DNA of 64,000 nt from Candidatus Latescibacterota bacterium (lineage in GTDB: Bacteria > Latescibacterota > UBA2968), in contig OZ242311.1 in NCBI GenBank assembly GCA_965207885.1, positions 1,664,001 to 1,728,000 on the forward strand, given 5' to 3'. The number at the start of each line of letters is the position of its first letter. Position 1 is the first letter of the stretch. Below, piece by piece: positions 9,374 through 17,507 of this stretch. The translations under genes were made by a program, and so were the position numbers. The notes under the pieces were generated by a model. That model made no database searches. It worked only from the letters and a program-made list of their open reading frames with translations, and was not told the origin of the DNA.

Positions 9374-9781
9374 TCATGTCAATGCGGCGTAATCATATAC
9401 AGGTGTCTCAATCGTGCGAACGGGTTGACATCTTTCCCAAACCGCCTGTTGCAAACATTCGACAGTCTCTGGAGAAAAGAATCTTTCCCCCGTCTCAACA
9501 TTGACCCGAGCAGGAACATCTTCAATAATAACAAACCGCCCATTGACTTCAATGCTATATGTAACGTTCATCTCAACCACGGCTACGACCAATGCCTCAA
9601 AGTGTTCATCGGGAACTGGCAATCCATCTTCTTCAAGAGAGAGAACATATCCCTCAATGGCCTCTTTGATATTGGCGACAGCTTCCGGTTTTGTTTTTCC
9701 CTGACTGATACAACCTGGCAAGCTGGGGCATTCAGCGACCCAATAGCCATCTTCGCCCGGATAAATAATCACTTGTCTCAT
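9374..9781 (-). CDS. HicB-like antitoxin fused in frame to a YgiT/MqsA-type antitoxin-like domain
   Basis: MRQVIIYPGEDGYWVAECPSLPGCISQGKT..EA..NIKEAI (HicB-like), then VTYSIEVNGRFVIIEDVPARVNVETGERFFSPET (YgiT-type pattern); start trimmed to ATG 9781. Confidence 0.75.
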   Translation of the reverse strand: MRQVIIYPGEDGYWVAECPSLPGCISQGKTKPEAVANIKEAIEGYVLSLEEDGLPVPDEHFEALVVAVVEMNVTYSIEVNGRFVIIEDVPARVNVETGERFFSPETVECLQQAVWERCQPVRTIETPVYDYAALT

Positions 9782-9837
9782 TGTTTTGCCACCGTTCTGT
9801 CTAACATTTGGGTACAACTTATGTCATTCCCTACTTT

Positions 9838-10383
9838 TTATTTATGCACCGCCATCCACGCCTGTCGGATCAGTTGGAACCGCCGTGCGGGTTCGTTTTT
9901 AAACTTAGAACTATTATATAGGAACCCATCCATCTCCTGAAACCCATTCTTCTCCAGAACACGAGCAGAAGCCGGATTGCGCTTCAGGCAAGCCGAATGA
10001 ACAATCTCCATGCCGAGTTCACAGAACGCGTAGTTTAGCGCGAGAGCGACAGCCCTGGTAGTGATTCCCTTGCCCCAATGGGATGATGCGATTCCGTAAT
10101 CACATCGGGCGCTACGTTTTTCGTAATCAACTGCCCCGAGTTCTACCACGCCAATCATATCGCCATCTGCAACAATAGCAAAATAGAAAGCCTCTCGATT
10201 TCTGTGTGCTCTAACGCCTTTCCTGACGAAAGTTTCTCCGCCATTTTCTGGATATGGTTGGGGTATAGTAGTAGTACGCGCAACGCGCTCATCAGAGGCA
10301 TAGCGCTGTACTGCTGCTGCATCGCTGAACCGCAATAGGCGAATTTTAACCTCTACTTGCTCCCTAATTAACCTCTGCCCCAT
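9838..10383 (-). CDS. GNAT N-acetyltransferase, RimJ/RimL family
   Basis: IPQPYP, HWGKGITT, NPASARVLEKNGF motifs; start uncertain. Confidence 0.85.
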   Translation of the reverse strand: MGQRLIREQVEVKIRLLRFSDAAAVQRYASDERVARTTTIPQPYPENGGETFVRKGVRAHRNREAFYFAIVADGDMIGVVELGAVDYEKRSARCDYGIASSHWGKGITTRAVALALNYAFCELGMEIVHSACLKRNPASARVLEKNGFQEMDGFLYNSSKFKNEPARRFQLIRQAWMAVHK

Positions 10384-12250
10384 CGCTAATCTCACTATCT
10401 GGTGTCACGAGTGTGAGGCCGTTATCGTCGGCAGCAGCCAGCAGCATACCCTGGGACTCGACACCGCGAATAGTCGCTGGCTCCAGATTGGCAACCACCA
10501 CAATCTGCTGTCCCACGAGTGCCTCCGGCTCGTAAAACTCGGCAATCCCGGCAACGATCTGGCGCTGCTCATCGCCCAAACTGATCTGCAACTGCAACAG
10601 GCGATCCGCCCCCTTCACGCGCTCGGCCGCGTCAATTTTTGCCACGCGCAATTTGAGCTTCTGAAAATCTGAAAAAGAAATCAACTCTTCTTCTGGTCTT
10701 TCCTCTGCCACATTGACCTCCTCAATACGCGGGAACACTGGATCGCCAGGTGCAACCTTCAAATTGGCGTCCAGACCTCCCCATGTTTTTAAATCATCCA
10801 AATGAACATCTTCCGGCGAACCCTTTGCACCGAGTTGTCGCCAAATCTCACAGGCCTTTGAGGGAATCACTGGAAACAGCAATACAGATAGTTGCCGCAT
10901 AGTCTCCAGCAACGCGTAAATCGTCACCTCAAGCTCGGCCCTCTTGCTCACATCCTTCACCAAATTCCAGGGTGCCTGCACCTCGACAAACCGATTGGCC
11001 TCCCGCACCAATCGCCAAACCGCATCCAGCACCGCATTGGGATTCATCTCATCAATAGCTTTGCCCACCGCATTGAGCGTCTCATCCGTCTGCGCTTTCA
11101 AAGCGTCGAGCGCAGCGTGGTCGCCATCAACAGCAGGCACAACCCCATCCAAATATCGCGCAGCCATCACCACCGAGCGATTCAGCAAATTGCCCAACTC
11201 ATTGGCCAACTCGGTATTATAACGCTGAACAAAAGCCTCTTCGCTAAAATCGCTATCTTGCCCCAGCGTCATATCGCGCACCAGAAAATACCGAAACGCA
11301 TCCACCCCGTATTTATCCGCCAGATCCAGAGGCCGAATCGCATTGCCCAGCGACTTCCCCATCTTTGTCTCATCCACGAGCCAAAAACCATGCCCCATAA
11401 TCGTTTTGGGCAATGGCACACCTATCGCCTTGAGCATCGTGGGCCAATACACGCAATGCGTGGTCAAAATATCCTTGCCAATCAAATGACAAGACGCCTG
11501 CCACCAGTGCTCAAAACGCGCATCATCGGCGATATAACCCGGTGCCGTGATATAATTGATCAGCGCATCGAACCAAACATAACAAACATAATCGTCATCA
11601 AAAGGAAGCGGAATCCCCCATTCCAAACGCGACCTGGGACGAGAAATACACAGATCGCCCAACGGTTGGCGCAAAAATCCGAGGATCTCGTTGCGCCGTT
11701 TTTCCGGCCGAATAAAATTGGGATGTGTCTCGATATACTCAATGAGCCAGTCCTGATATTTACTCATTTTAAAAAAGTAATTCTTCTCCGAAATTTTCAC
11801 CGTAGGCCGACCGCAATCCGGACAATTACCATCAACCAGATCCTTTTCCGTCCAGAACCGCTCGTCCGGAATACAATACCAGCCCTCGTAATTATCGGAA
11901 TAAATCTCGCCCGCATCGTAAATGCGTTGCAAAATCTCGGAGACAACGCGCTTGTGCCGCGCTTCGGTTGTGCGAATAAAATCATCGTTAGAAATATTTA
12001 AGACCTCCCACAACGCCTGAAATCGCACCACCATCTCATCTGCCTGTGCCTGCGGCGACAAATCGCGTTTTTTCGCCGCCTCATCCACTTTCTGCCCGTG
12101 CTCATCCGTACCCGTCAAAAACAACACATCATCGCCTGCCAGACGGTGAAAACGCGACAGCACATCAGCCATAATCGTCGTGTATGCATGCCCAATATGG
12201 GGTTCATCGTTGACGTAATAAATCGGTGTTGTAATATAAAATGTGCCCAT
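10364..12250 (-). CDS. metG: Methionine--tRNA ligase with C-terminal tRNA-binding domain
   Basis: FYITTPIYYVN, HIGH, GTDEHGQK, YVWFDAL, KMGKS, C-terminal RQIVAGI..NL..RGVESQGM. Confidence 0.98.
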   Translation of the reverse strand: MGTFYITTPIYYVNDEPHIGHAYTTIMADVLSRFHRLAGDDVLFLTGTDEHGQKVDEAAKKRDLSPQAQADEMVVRFQALWEVLNISNDDFIRTTEARHKRVVSEILQRIYDAGEIYSDNYEGWYCIPDERFWTEKDLVDGNCPDCGRPTVKISEKNYFFKMSKYQDWLIEYIETHPNFIRPEKRRNEILGFLRQPLGDLCISRPRSRLEWGIPLPFDDDYVCYVWFDALINYITAPGYIADDARFEHWWQASCHLIGKDILTTHCVYWPTMLKAIGVPLPKTIMGHGFWLVDETKMGKSLGNAIRPLDLADKYGVDAFRYFLVRDMTLGQDSDFSEEAFVQRYNTELANELGNLLNRSVVMAARYLDGVVPAVDGDHAALDALKAQTDETLNAVGKAIDEMNPNAVLDAVWRLVREANRFVEVQAPWNLVKDVSKRAELEVTIYALLETMRQLSVLLFPVIPSKACEIWRQLGAKGSPEDVHLDDLKTWGGLDANLKVAPGDPVFPRIEEVNVAEERPEEELISFSDFQKLKLRVAKIDAAERVKGADRLLQLQISLGDEQRQIVAGIAEFYEPEALVGQQIVVVANLEPATIRGVESQGMLLAAADDNGLTLVTPDSEISDGAEVN

Positions 12251-12264
12251 TTTTCTACACCCAC

Positions 12265-13308
12265 TCAAAAAGACCTGATCTGTCGCCAGAGCGAAATCAA
12301 GCCCAGATTCATATTTACATTGCGGTGATTCATCTCCCGCAGAGATTCAATCTTTTTTACTGTTGCGGCGAGTTGGTCCAGATCAAAAACCTCTGCCAAA
12401 CGCCCGACATTGACCTCCTGCGCGGCATTGGCTATACAATCACCCCGACCACATTGCAGCAACAGCGCGTCCCTGAGCCAGATTTCTGCACCTGCCAAAA
12501 TATCCAACGCCTCTTGTCGGTCGAGTTTTGCCAGTGCTTCAAACGTGCGCTCCTCCTGCTCCCACAACAACGCTTCCAAAAACTTGAAAGATCTATCTTG
12601 CCTATCTGCGATATGGCCATCGGTCATATCCAATGCCCTGCGCAAGTCGCCGCCACACGTGCGTGCAATAAAATCTGCCGTTGTCTCATCAACGCCCCTC
12701 GCCGTCAACCCAACACTGATATCCTGAGCCGAAAGCGCGGGAAATTTCACAAACTGACACCGCGACACAATGGTGGGCAACAACGCATCGCCATGGGACG
12801 CAATCAAAATCATCAGCGACCGAACAGGCGGTTCCTCCAGAGTTTTCAACATAGCGTTGGCCGCCTCTGCGCGCATTTGATCCGCGTGTAAAATAAGCGT
12901 CGTGCGCCAGCCCCCCGCAAAAGCACTGTGCGTAAACTGCCGCTGCATCTCCCGAACGCGATCAATAGCAATCGCTGCATTGTCATCGGGCAATGAATAG
13001 TGATAAGGCGATTGCCATACCTGAAACAGTGCAGCTTGCCTATCTTCCTCTTTCACGCGAGAGGTAAAAGGAAAGAGCAACGCACTATCCGGATGATTGA
13101 GATTTGTCACCTTGTGGCAGGCAGCGCAACGTCCACAGGCCACAGCAGCATTTCCCTGACAATGCAATGCCTGCACAAAATCCAATGCCGCAGCCACTGC
13201 ACCCGTGCCAGAAGTGCCCAAAAACAACAACGCGTGCGGGACTCGATCTCTTTCAATCAATTCGGTCAAAAACCGAACCGCTCGCTCCTGTCCGATCACC
13301 CGTTCCAA
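12265..13308 (-). CDS. holB: DNA polymerase III subunit delta'
   Basis: VIGQ, PHALLFLG, CGRCAAC..NHPD, AANAMLKTLEEPP, LLPTIVSRC; TTG at 13308 follows GAGAGG RBS. Confidence 0.9.
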   Translation of the reverse strand: MERVIGQERAVRFLTELIERDRVPHALLFLGTSGTGAVAAALDFVQALHCQGNAAVACGRCAACHKVTNLNHPDSALLFPFTSRVKEEDRQAALFQVWQSPYHYSLPDDNAAIAIDRVREMQRQFTHSAFAGGWRTTLILHADQMRAEAANAMLKTLEEPPVRSLMILIASHGDALLPTIVSRCQFVKFPALSAQDISVGLTARGVDETTADFIARTCGGDLRRALDMTDGHIADRQDRSFKFLEALLWEQEERTFEALAKLDRQEALDILAGAEIWLRDALLLQCGRGDCIANAAQEVNVGRLAEVFDLDQLAATVKKIESLREMNHRNVNMNLGLISLWRQIRSF

Positions 13309-13326
13309 GTATCGCCTCTCAATATG

Positions 13327-13364
13327 AAAAGCCGCTGGAACGGAACATTCCAACGGCTTTTTTT
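13327..13364 (-). terminator. Intrinsic terminator/attenuator hairpin just upstream of the holB RBS
   Basis: Minus strand GCCGUUGGAA-loop-UUCCAGCGGC followed by UUUUCAUAUU. The stem is fully paired (one G-U) only on the minus strand; the plus strand also has a T run. Confidence 0.75.
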
Positions 13365-13387
13365 ATGCAAACGACTAAAATGATCCG

Positions 13388-13483
13388 CTATCCATGCTCC
13401 TGCTCACAATGGGAATGTACAACACGAGTAGCCCGTACAACGACGGGCATCGGCATTTGCATTGTTGGCACAAAAAACAACAT
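13388..13483 (-). CDS. Putative 31-aa leader peptide MLFFVPTMQMPMPVVVRATRVVHSHCEQEHG
   Basis: ATG 13483 preceded by GGAG, TAG at 13388-13390; lies between a promoter and a terminator. Confidence 0.4.
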   Translation of the reverse strand: MLFFVPTMQMPMPVVVRATRVVHSHCEQEHG

Positions 13484-13525
13484 GGAACGGCTCCATAATC
13501 AAAAGTATATTACAACGCGATGAAA

Positions 13526-13554
13526 ATAATATACCTTATCCATCCATTTGTCAA
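13526..13554 (-). promoter_or_regulatory. Sigma70-type promoter for the leader/holB operon
   Basis: Minus strand TTGACA-N17-TATTAT. Confidence 0.7.
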
Positions 13555-13589
13555 GATTTTATTATTCAAATAGTTTTACCCCTAAACTG

Positions 13590-13618
13590 TTGACACTTGC
13601 GATACAATTTTTTAAGTT
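13590..13618 (+). promoter_or_regulatory. Sigma70-type promoter for the groES-like gene
   Basis: TTGACA-N17-TAAGTT, divergent from the holB promoter. Confidence 0.5.
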
Positions 13619-13669
13619 TCACAAATAATTGTTCAGATGTGTGACGGACTCATTGAGCGAGAAAATGCA

Positions 13670-14089
13670 ATGCAAATAGGAAACAAAGAACTCGTCGTTA
13701 TTGGCGACCGCGTTTTGGTCAAACGAGAAGATTTGGAAGAGCGAACCAAAGTGGGGCTTTATTTGCCTCAAACCGTAGTCGAAAAAGAGGAAGTACAGAG
13801 CGGTCGCATTATGGCCACAGGCCCTGGTCTGCCGCTGCCAGAAACGCCCGAAGACGATGAACCCTGGCGCAATTCTCCAAAAGAACCGCGGTATTTGCCC
13901 CTGCAAGTTGAGAAAGGCGATTTTGCCTTATTTTTGCAAAAAGCCGCGATGGAGATCTCTTTTGAAGGGAAGAAATATCTCATTGTGCCCCAGGCGTCCA
14001 TTCTGGTAGTGATTCGAGAGTCGGATACCATAGTAGGCGAAGACGAGGTATTGGATGAACTGGAGGGTTTGGACGACCTCGACCTGTAA
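13670..14089 (+). CDS. GroES/Cpn10 family co-chaperonin (no adjacent groEL)
   Basis: IGDRVLVK..ERTKVGLYLP..GRIMATGPG..PLQVEKGD..EGKKYLIV; acidic C-terminal tail. Confidence 0.85.
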   Translation: MQIGNKELVVIGDRVLVKREDLEERTKVGLYLPQTVVEKEEVQSGRIMATGPGLPLPETPEDDEPWRNSPKEPRYLPLQVEKGDFALFLQKAAMEISFEGKKYLIVPQASILVVIRESDTIVGEDEVLDELEGLDDLDL

Positions 14090-14108
14090 TGGTTTTGTGA
14101 AAGTTCAC

Positions 14109-14139
14109 AAAAAAAGCCGCTGATTTGGCGGCTTTTTTA
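14109..14139. terminator. Bidirectional intrinsic terminator
   Basis: AAAAAAGCCGC-tgatttg-GCGGCTTTTTT between convergent genes. Confidence 0.85.
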
Positions 14140-14146
14140 TTTTAAC

Positions 14147-15085
14147 TCACTGTTTCGCCTGTGCCTCAGTATCCGATCTGGCACATCGAAAACCCAGAGA
14201 AGGATAGGTTTTATCGGGCTTTTCACCTCGCCGTCGGGCCATATGAATATGGGGGGCACTCCAGCCTCCACCCCTTATAACGCGCTTTTTTCCAGCCTCG
14301 GGTCCCGTGGGATTATGGAGCGGAGAGACGCGGTAATATCCTTCGTCAAACCAATCCCAGCACCACTCCCATACATTGCCCGACATATCGAGCAAGCCTT
14401 CACTGGTAGCACCTTCGGGGAAGGCCCCCACAGGCAATGGGCGCCGGTTCCGAGTCTCTCGGGTATTTGCTCGCGTGACGTCAAAACGGTCGCCCCAGGG
14501 ATAAAGACGGCTTTGTGCCCCTCGTGCTGCGCGTTCCCACTCTGCTTCAGTGGGCAGTCGTTTGCCCTTCCATGAACAATAGGCATTGGCGTCATCCCAC
14601 GAAACACCCACAACGGGTTGGTTGGGATCGTTGTATTTGGCTTCGCCCCAATACCGGGGAGCCGAATGCCCTGTGCTCGTCACAAATTCGCGGTACTGAG
14701 TATTGGTTACTTCGCGTGTGTCAACCCAGTACGCATCGAGATAAACCTTGTGTACAGGCGCATTTTTATCTCGAGTATCTCCCATGAGAAAATCGCCTGC
14801 GGGAATTTGCACTTCCATTTTACCTGTACTATCGGAAGACACAGCCGTGCGGGATCTTGGCTGTTCAAAAGGAGAACGTCCATCAATCGTCTTGATACTC
14901 AACTTGGAAATTTCAATCCGACTGGAAGAGAGCTGAAGCGTAATAGAAGTCGCGGTCTCCCGAACCAGTTCGCCTCGCACAACGCGACCCGATTTGAGAA
15001 CGACTTCAACGGCCTCAGTTGTATCGACCAGGCCAGATAACACCCCAAATACGATCAAAAATACTCCCATAATATACCGCCGCAT
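14147..15085 (-). CDS. Secreted formylglycine-generating enzyme (SUMF1/FGE-sulfatase) domain protein
   Basis: Signal peptide; FLMG, EVTNTQY, PVVGVSW.DA..YC.W, RLPTEAEWE, DMSGNVWEW, RGGGW, GFRCAR. Confidence 0.9.
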   Translation of the reverse strand: MRRYIMGVFLIVFGVLSGLVDTTEAVEVVLKSGRVVRGELVRETATSITLQLSSSRIEISKLSIKTIDGRSPFEQPRSRTAVSSDSTGKMEVQIPAGDFLMGDTRDKNAPVHKVYLDAYWVDTREVTNTQYREFVTSTGHSAPRYWGEAKYNDPNQPVVGVSWDDANAYCSWKGKRLPTEAEWERAARGAQSRLYPWGDRFDVTRANTRETRNRRPLPVGAFPEGATSEGLLDMSGNVWEWCWDWFDEGYYRVSPLHNPTGPEAGKKRVIRGGGWSAPHIHMARRRGEKPDKTYPSLGFRCARSDTEAQAKQ

Positions 15086-15194
15086 TTTGCCTCCTTGGCG
15101 ATTGGATTATCGCTTTCTGGTTGCGACTTTGAAAGTAATCATTTCGCGGTATTTTGTCCAGTCCCGCAAAACATACCCACAATAAGAAAAAATA

Positions 15195-15222
15195 AAAGCC
15201 CAACCTTAAAAGGCTGGGCTTT
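15195..15222 (-). terminator. Terminator after the HU gene
   Basis: Minus strand AAAGCCCAGCC-ttttaa-GGTTGGGCTTT followed by TATTTTTT. Confidence 0.75.
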
Positions 15223-15249
15223 GCGACGGTTCCCTAAATGCGACAATTG

Positions 15250-15567
15250 CTAAACCATGTCTTTCAGTTTTTTGAGAGCTGAAATTCTTACACCCTGCGA
15301 AGCGGGCTTGGCTGCAATGGTTATTTTTTCGCCAGTGAAGGGATTGACGCCCTCTCGTTCTGCGCGGGCCGGTTTTTCGACCCTTTTGATTTTGAGCAGA
15401 CCAGGCAACACAAATTCACCGACAGAACCTGCTGTGATATGGCTTTCAATGGCACCGTCCAACCCATCGAGAACGCTACCTACATCTTTTTTGCTCAGAC
15501 CAGTGCTTTCTGCGATCGCGCTTACAATCTGGGCTTTGCTCCATCGTTTTGTTACAGCTTGCGACAT
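15250..15567 (-). CDS. HU family DNA-binding protein
   Basis: KAQIVSAIAESTGLSKK, LPGLLKI, AREGVNPFTGE.ITIAAKPA pattern. Confidence 0.92.
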   Translation of the reverse strand: MSQAVTKRWSKAQIVSAIAESTGLSKKDVGSVLDGLDGAIESHITAGSVGEFVLPGLLKIKRVEKPARAEREGVNPFTGEKITIAAKPASQGVRISALKKLKDMV

Positions 15568-15648
15568 AATTCTCTCCCTTTGTGAAAATGGTTATAATCT
15601 CAAACCTAATGCCTCCACGAAGGCAGATAGGTCGAAGGCTATGTCTTA

Positions 15649-15678
15649 ATTATAGTCCAGCATGCTTTAATTTGTCAA
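15649..15678 (-). promoter_or_regulatory. Consensus sigma70 promoter of the HU gene
   Basis: Minus strand TTGACA-N18-TATAAT. Confidence 0.8.
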
Positions 15679-15718
15679 GTATAGATTGCCCATTCCCTAT
15701 TTTTTATATCTTTTTAGC

Positions 15719-16702
15719 CTACTCCACCCAAATATCCGGGCGCGTATCCACCCCGTAATTCTCAAATATCGCATCAATAGCACACTTATCGTCTTCGGAT
15801 AACGCCACCTCCAATGCCCCCATATTCGACACCACCTCCTCGGGTTTACGCACGCCAACCAGTGCGGTGCTGATCACGGGGTTGGACAACACCCACGCCA
15901 GCGCGAGGTGATATATAGCTGTACCGCGATCCGCTGCCATCTGTTTTAACGCTTCCACCACCTTCAGATTGCGCGGGAAATTCTCCTCGGTAAACAAAGG
16001 CATATTAAACAACCCACCCTTAGACCGCCAATCTTCTGTCTCAAATGTCGTATTCTCATCAAATGCTCCGGCGAGCAACCCATGCGCGAGAGATCCATAT
16101 CCCATCATCCCAATACCGTGCGTTTCGCAATAGGGAAAAACATCCCTCTCCATGCGCCGATCAAACATGTGATAGCCGTATTGCCCCACATCTACCCGCC
16201 GCGTCTTCATGCACGCATCGATCTCTTCCGCCTTGAAATTCGATACACCTCCAAAACGCACCTTACCCTGCTGAATCAAATCTTCCAGCACCTGCATAGG
16301 CTCTTCAAAAGGCGTGTGCCGATCGGGCCAATGAATCAAATAAACATCGATATAATCCGTATCCAAAAACTGCAAACTATTCTCTACCGACGCCATAATC
16401 CGCTCCCTGCGACTGTCGCGCCCCTTTTCCCGTCCCGAATCCGTATATCCAATACCGACCTTTGTCACCACAATCACATCCTTGCGTCGATTCCCCAGCC
16501 CGCGCGCGAGCAGGGCCTCTGATTTTCCCTTTCCATAGCCCTCGGCCGTATCAAAGCAATTAATCCCCAGATCCAGTGCCTTGTGAATACCCGCAATCAC
16601 TTCGCCTTCATCAAAATAACCATAATTCCCACCGAGTTCCCAGCACCCAAATCCAATCGCCGAAACATCCAAACCGGTCTTCCCAAACGGCCTGTATTCC
16701 AT
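15719..16702 (-). CDS. Aldo/keto reductase
   Basis: IGFGCW, FDTAEGYG, TKVG, DYIDVYLIHWPD, GVSNF. Confidence 0.93.
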   Translation of the reverse strand: MEYRPFGKTGLDVSAIGFGCWELGGNYGYFDEGEVIAGIHKALDLGINCFDTAEGYGKGKSEALLARGLGNRRKDVIVVTKVGIGYTDSGREKGRDSRRERIMASVENSLQFLDTDYIDVYLIHWPDRHTPFEEPMQVLEDLIQQGKVRFGGVSNFKAEEIDACMKTRRVDVGQYGYHMFDRRMERDVFPYCETHGIGMMGYGSLAHGLLAGAFDENTTFETEDWRSKGGLFNMPLFTEENFPRNLKVVEALKQMAADRGTAIYHLALAWVLSNPVISTALVGVRKPEEVVSNMGALEVALSEDDKCAIDAIFENYGVDTRPDIWVE

Positions 16703-16730
16703 ATCAAATCTCCAAAAAAATGTTGTTTAA

Positions 16731-17501
16731 TCACCGCCCCATCCATCCACCATCCACCGTCAAAATCGCACCATTGACATAATTGGCCGCATCCGAACAC
16801 AAAAACACACACGCGCCTTTCAAATCATCCGGCTGTCCCCATCTCCCCTGGGGAATCCGCGTCAAAATTTGCTCGGAACGGACAGAATCATTGCGCAGGG
16901 CCTCGGTATTATCCGTTGCAATATACCCCGGCGCAATAGCATTGACATTCACCCCCTTGCTCGCCCACTCATTTGATAGTGCCATCGTCAAAGTCGCAAT
17001 ACCCCCTTTGGCAGCGGCGTAACCCGGAACTGTAATACCCCCCTGAAAACTCAGCAACGACGCTGTAAAAACAATTTTGCCACCTCCGCGCGCGACCATC
17101 TCTTTGCCAAACTCGCGTGCGAGAACAAATTGGGCATTCAAATTTACCTCAATGACCTCGTCCCAGTATTCATCGGGATGATCCACCGCGGGTTCCCGCA
17201 AAATCGTACCCGCGTTATTCACCAATATATCGACCTGAGCGACATCTGCTTTCACCTGTGCTATAAAAGCCCGCAAAGCATCTCGATCGGAAAAATCACA
17301 CGCATAAGGGAGAAAACTACGGCCCAATGCCGCGACATCCCTTTCTACTTCACTACCCGACGCCAGCGATGCACTCACCCCCACAATATCGGCACCTGCC
17401 TCTGCCAGCCCCTGGGCAAAAGCGCGGCCAATACCGCGCCGACACCCCGTCACCAGTGCAGTCTTACCGCTCAAATCAAACTTATCCAAAATTCCCATCA
17501 C
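16731..17501 (-). CDS. kduD: SDR oxidoreductase, KduD-like (2-dehydro-3-deoxy-D-gluconate 5-dehydrogenase)
   Basis: TGCRRGIG, NNAG, ASLLSFQGGITVPGYAAAKGG, NAIAPGYIATDNT, VDGGWMGR. Confidence 0.78.
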   Translation of the reverse strand: MMGILDKFDLSGKTALVTGCRRGIGRAFAQGLAEAGADIVGVSASLASGSEVERDVAALGRSFLPYACDFSDRDALRAFIAQVKADVAQVDILVNNAGTILREPAVDHPDEYWDEVIEVNLNAQFVLAREFGKEMVARGGGKIVFTASLLSFQGGITVPGYAAAKGGIATLTMALSNEWASKGVNVNAIAPGYIATDNTEALRNDSVRSEQILTRIPQGRWGQPDDLKGACVFLCSDAANYVNGAILTVDGGWMGR

Positions 17502-17507
17502 GACTCC

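Noticed and set aside
9838-10383. GNAT as the toxin of the neighbouring antitoxin fusion
   Set aside because: Motifs are RimJ/RimL-like rather than AtaT/TacT-like, and those toxins pair with RHH antitoxins
10892-12001. 369-aa + strand ORF opposite metG, and similar long antisense ORFs (6866-7657, 58471-59229, 56973-57638)
   Set aside because: They lie wholly antisense to well-supported genes and carry no recognisable motifs; they are consistent with codon-bias shadows
13404-13496. Second small ORF in the leader, MEPFHVVFCANNANADARRCTGYSCCTFPL
   Set aside because: No Shine-Dalgarno upstream, unlike the overlapping 31-aa ORF; the Cys richness suggested a RiPP precursor, but no modifying enzymes are nearby
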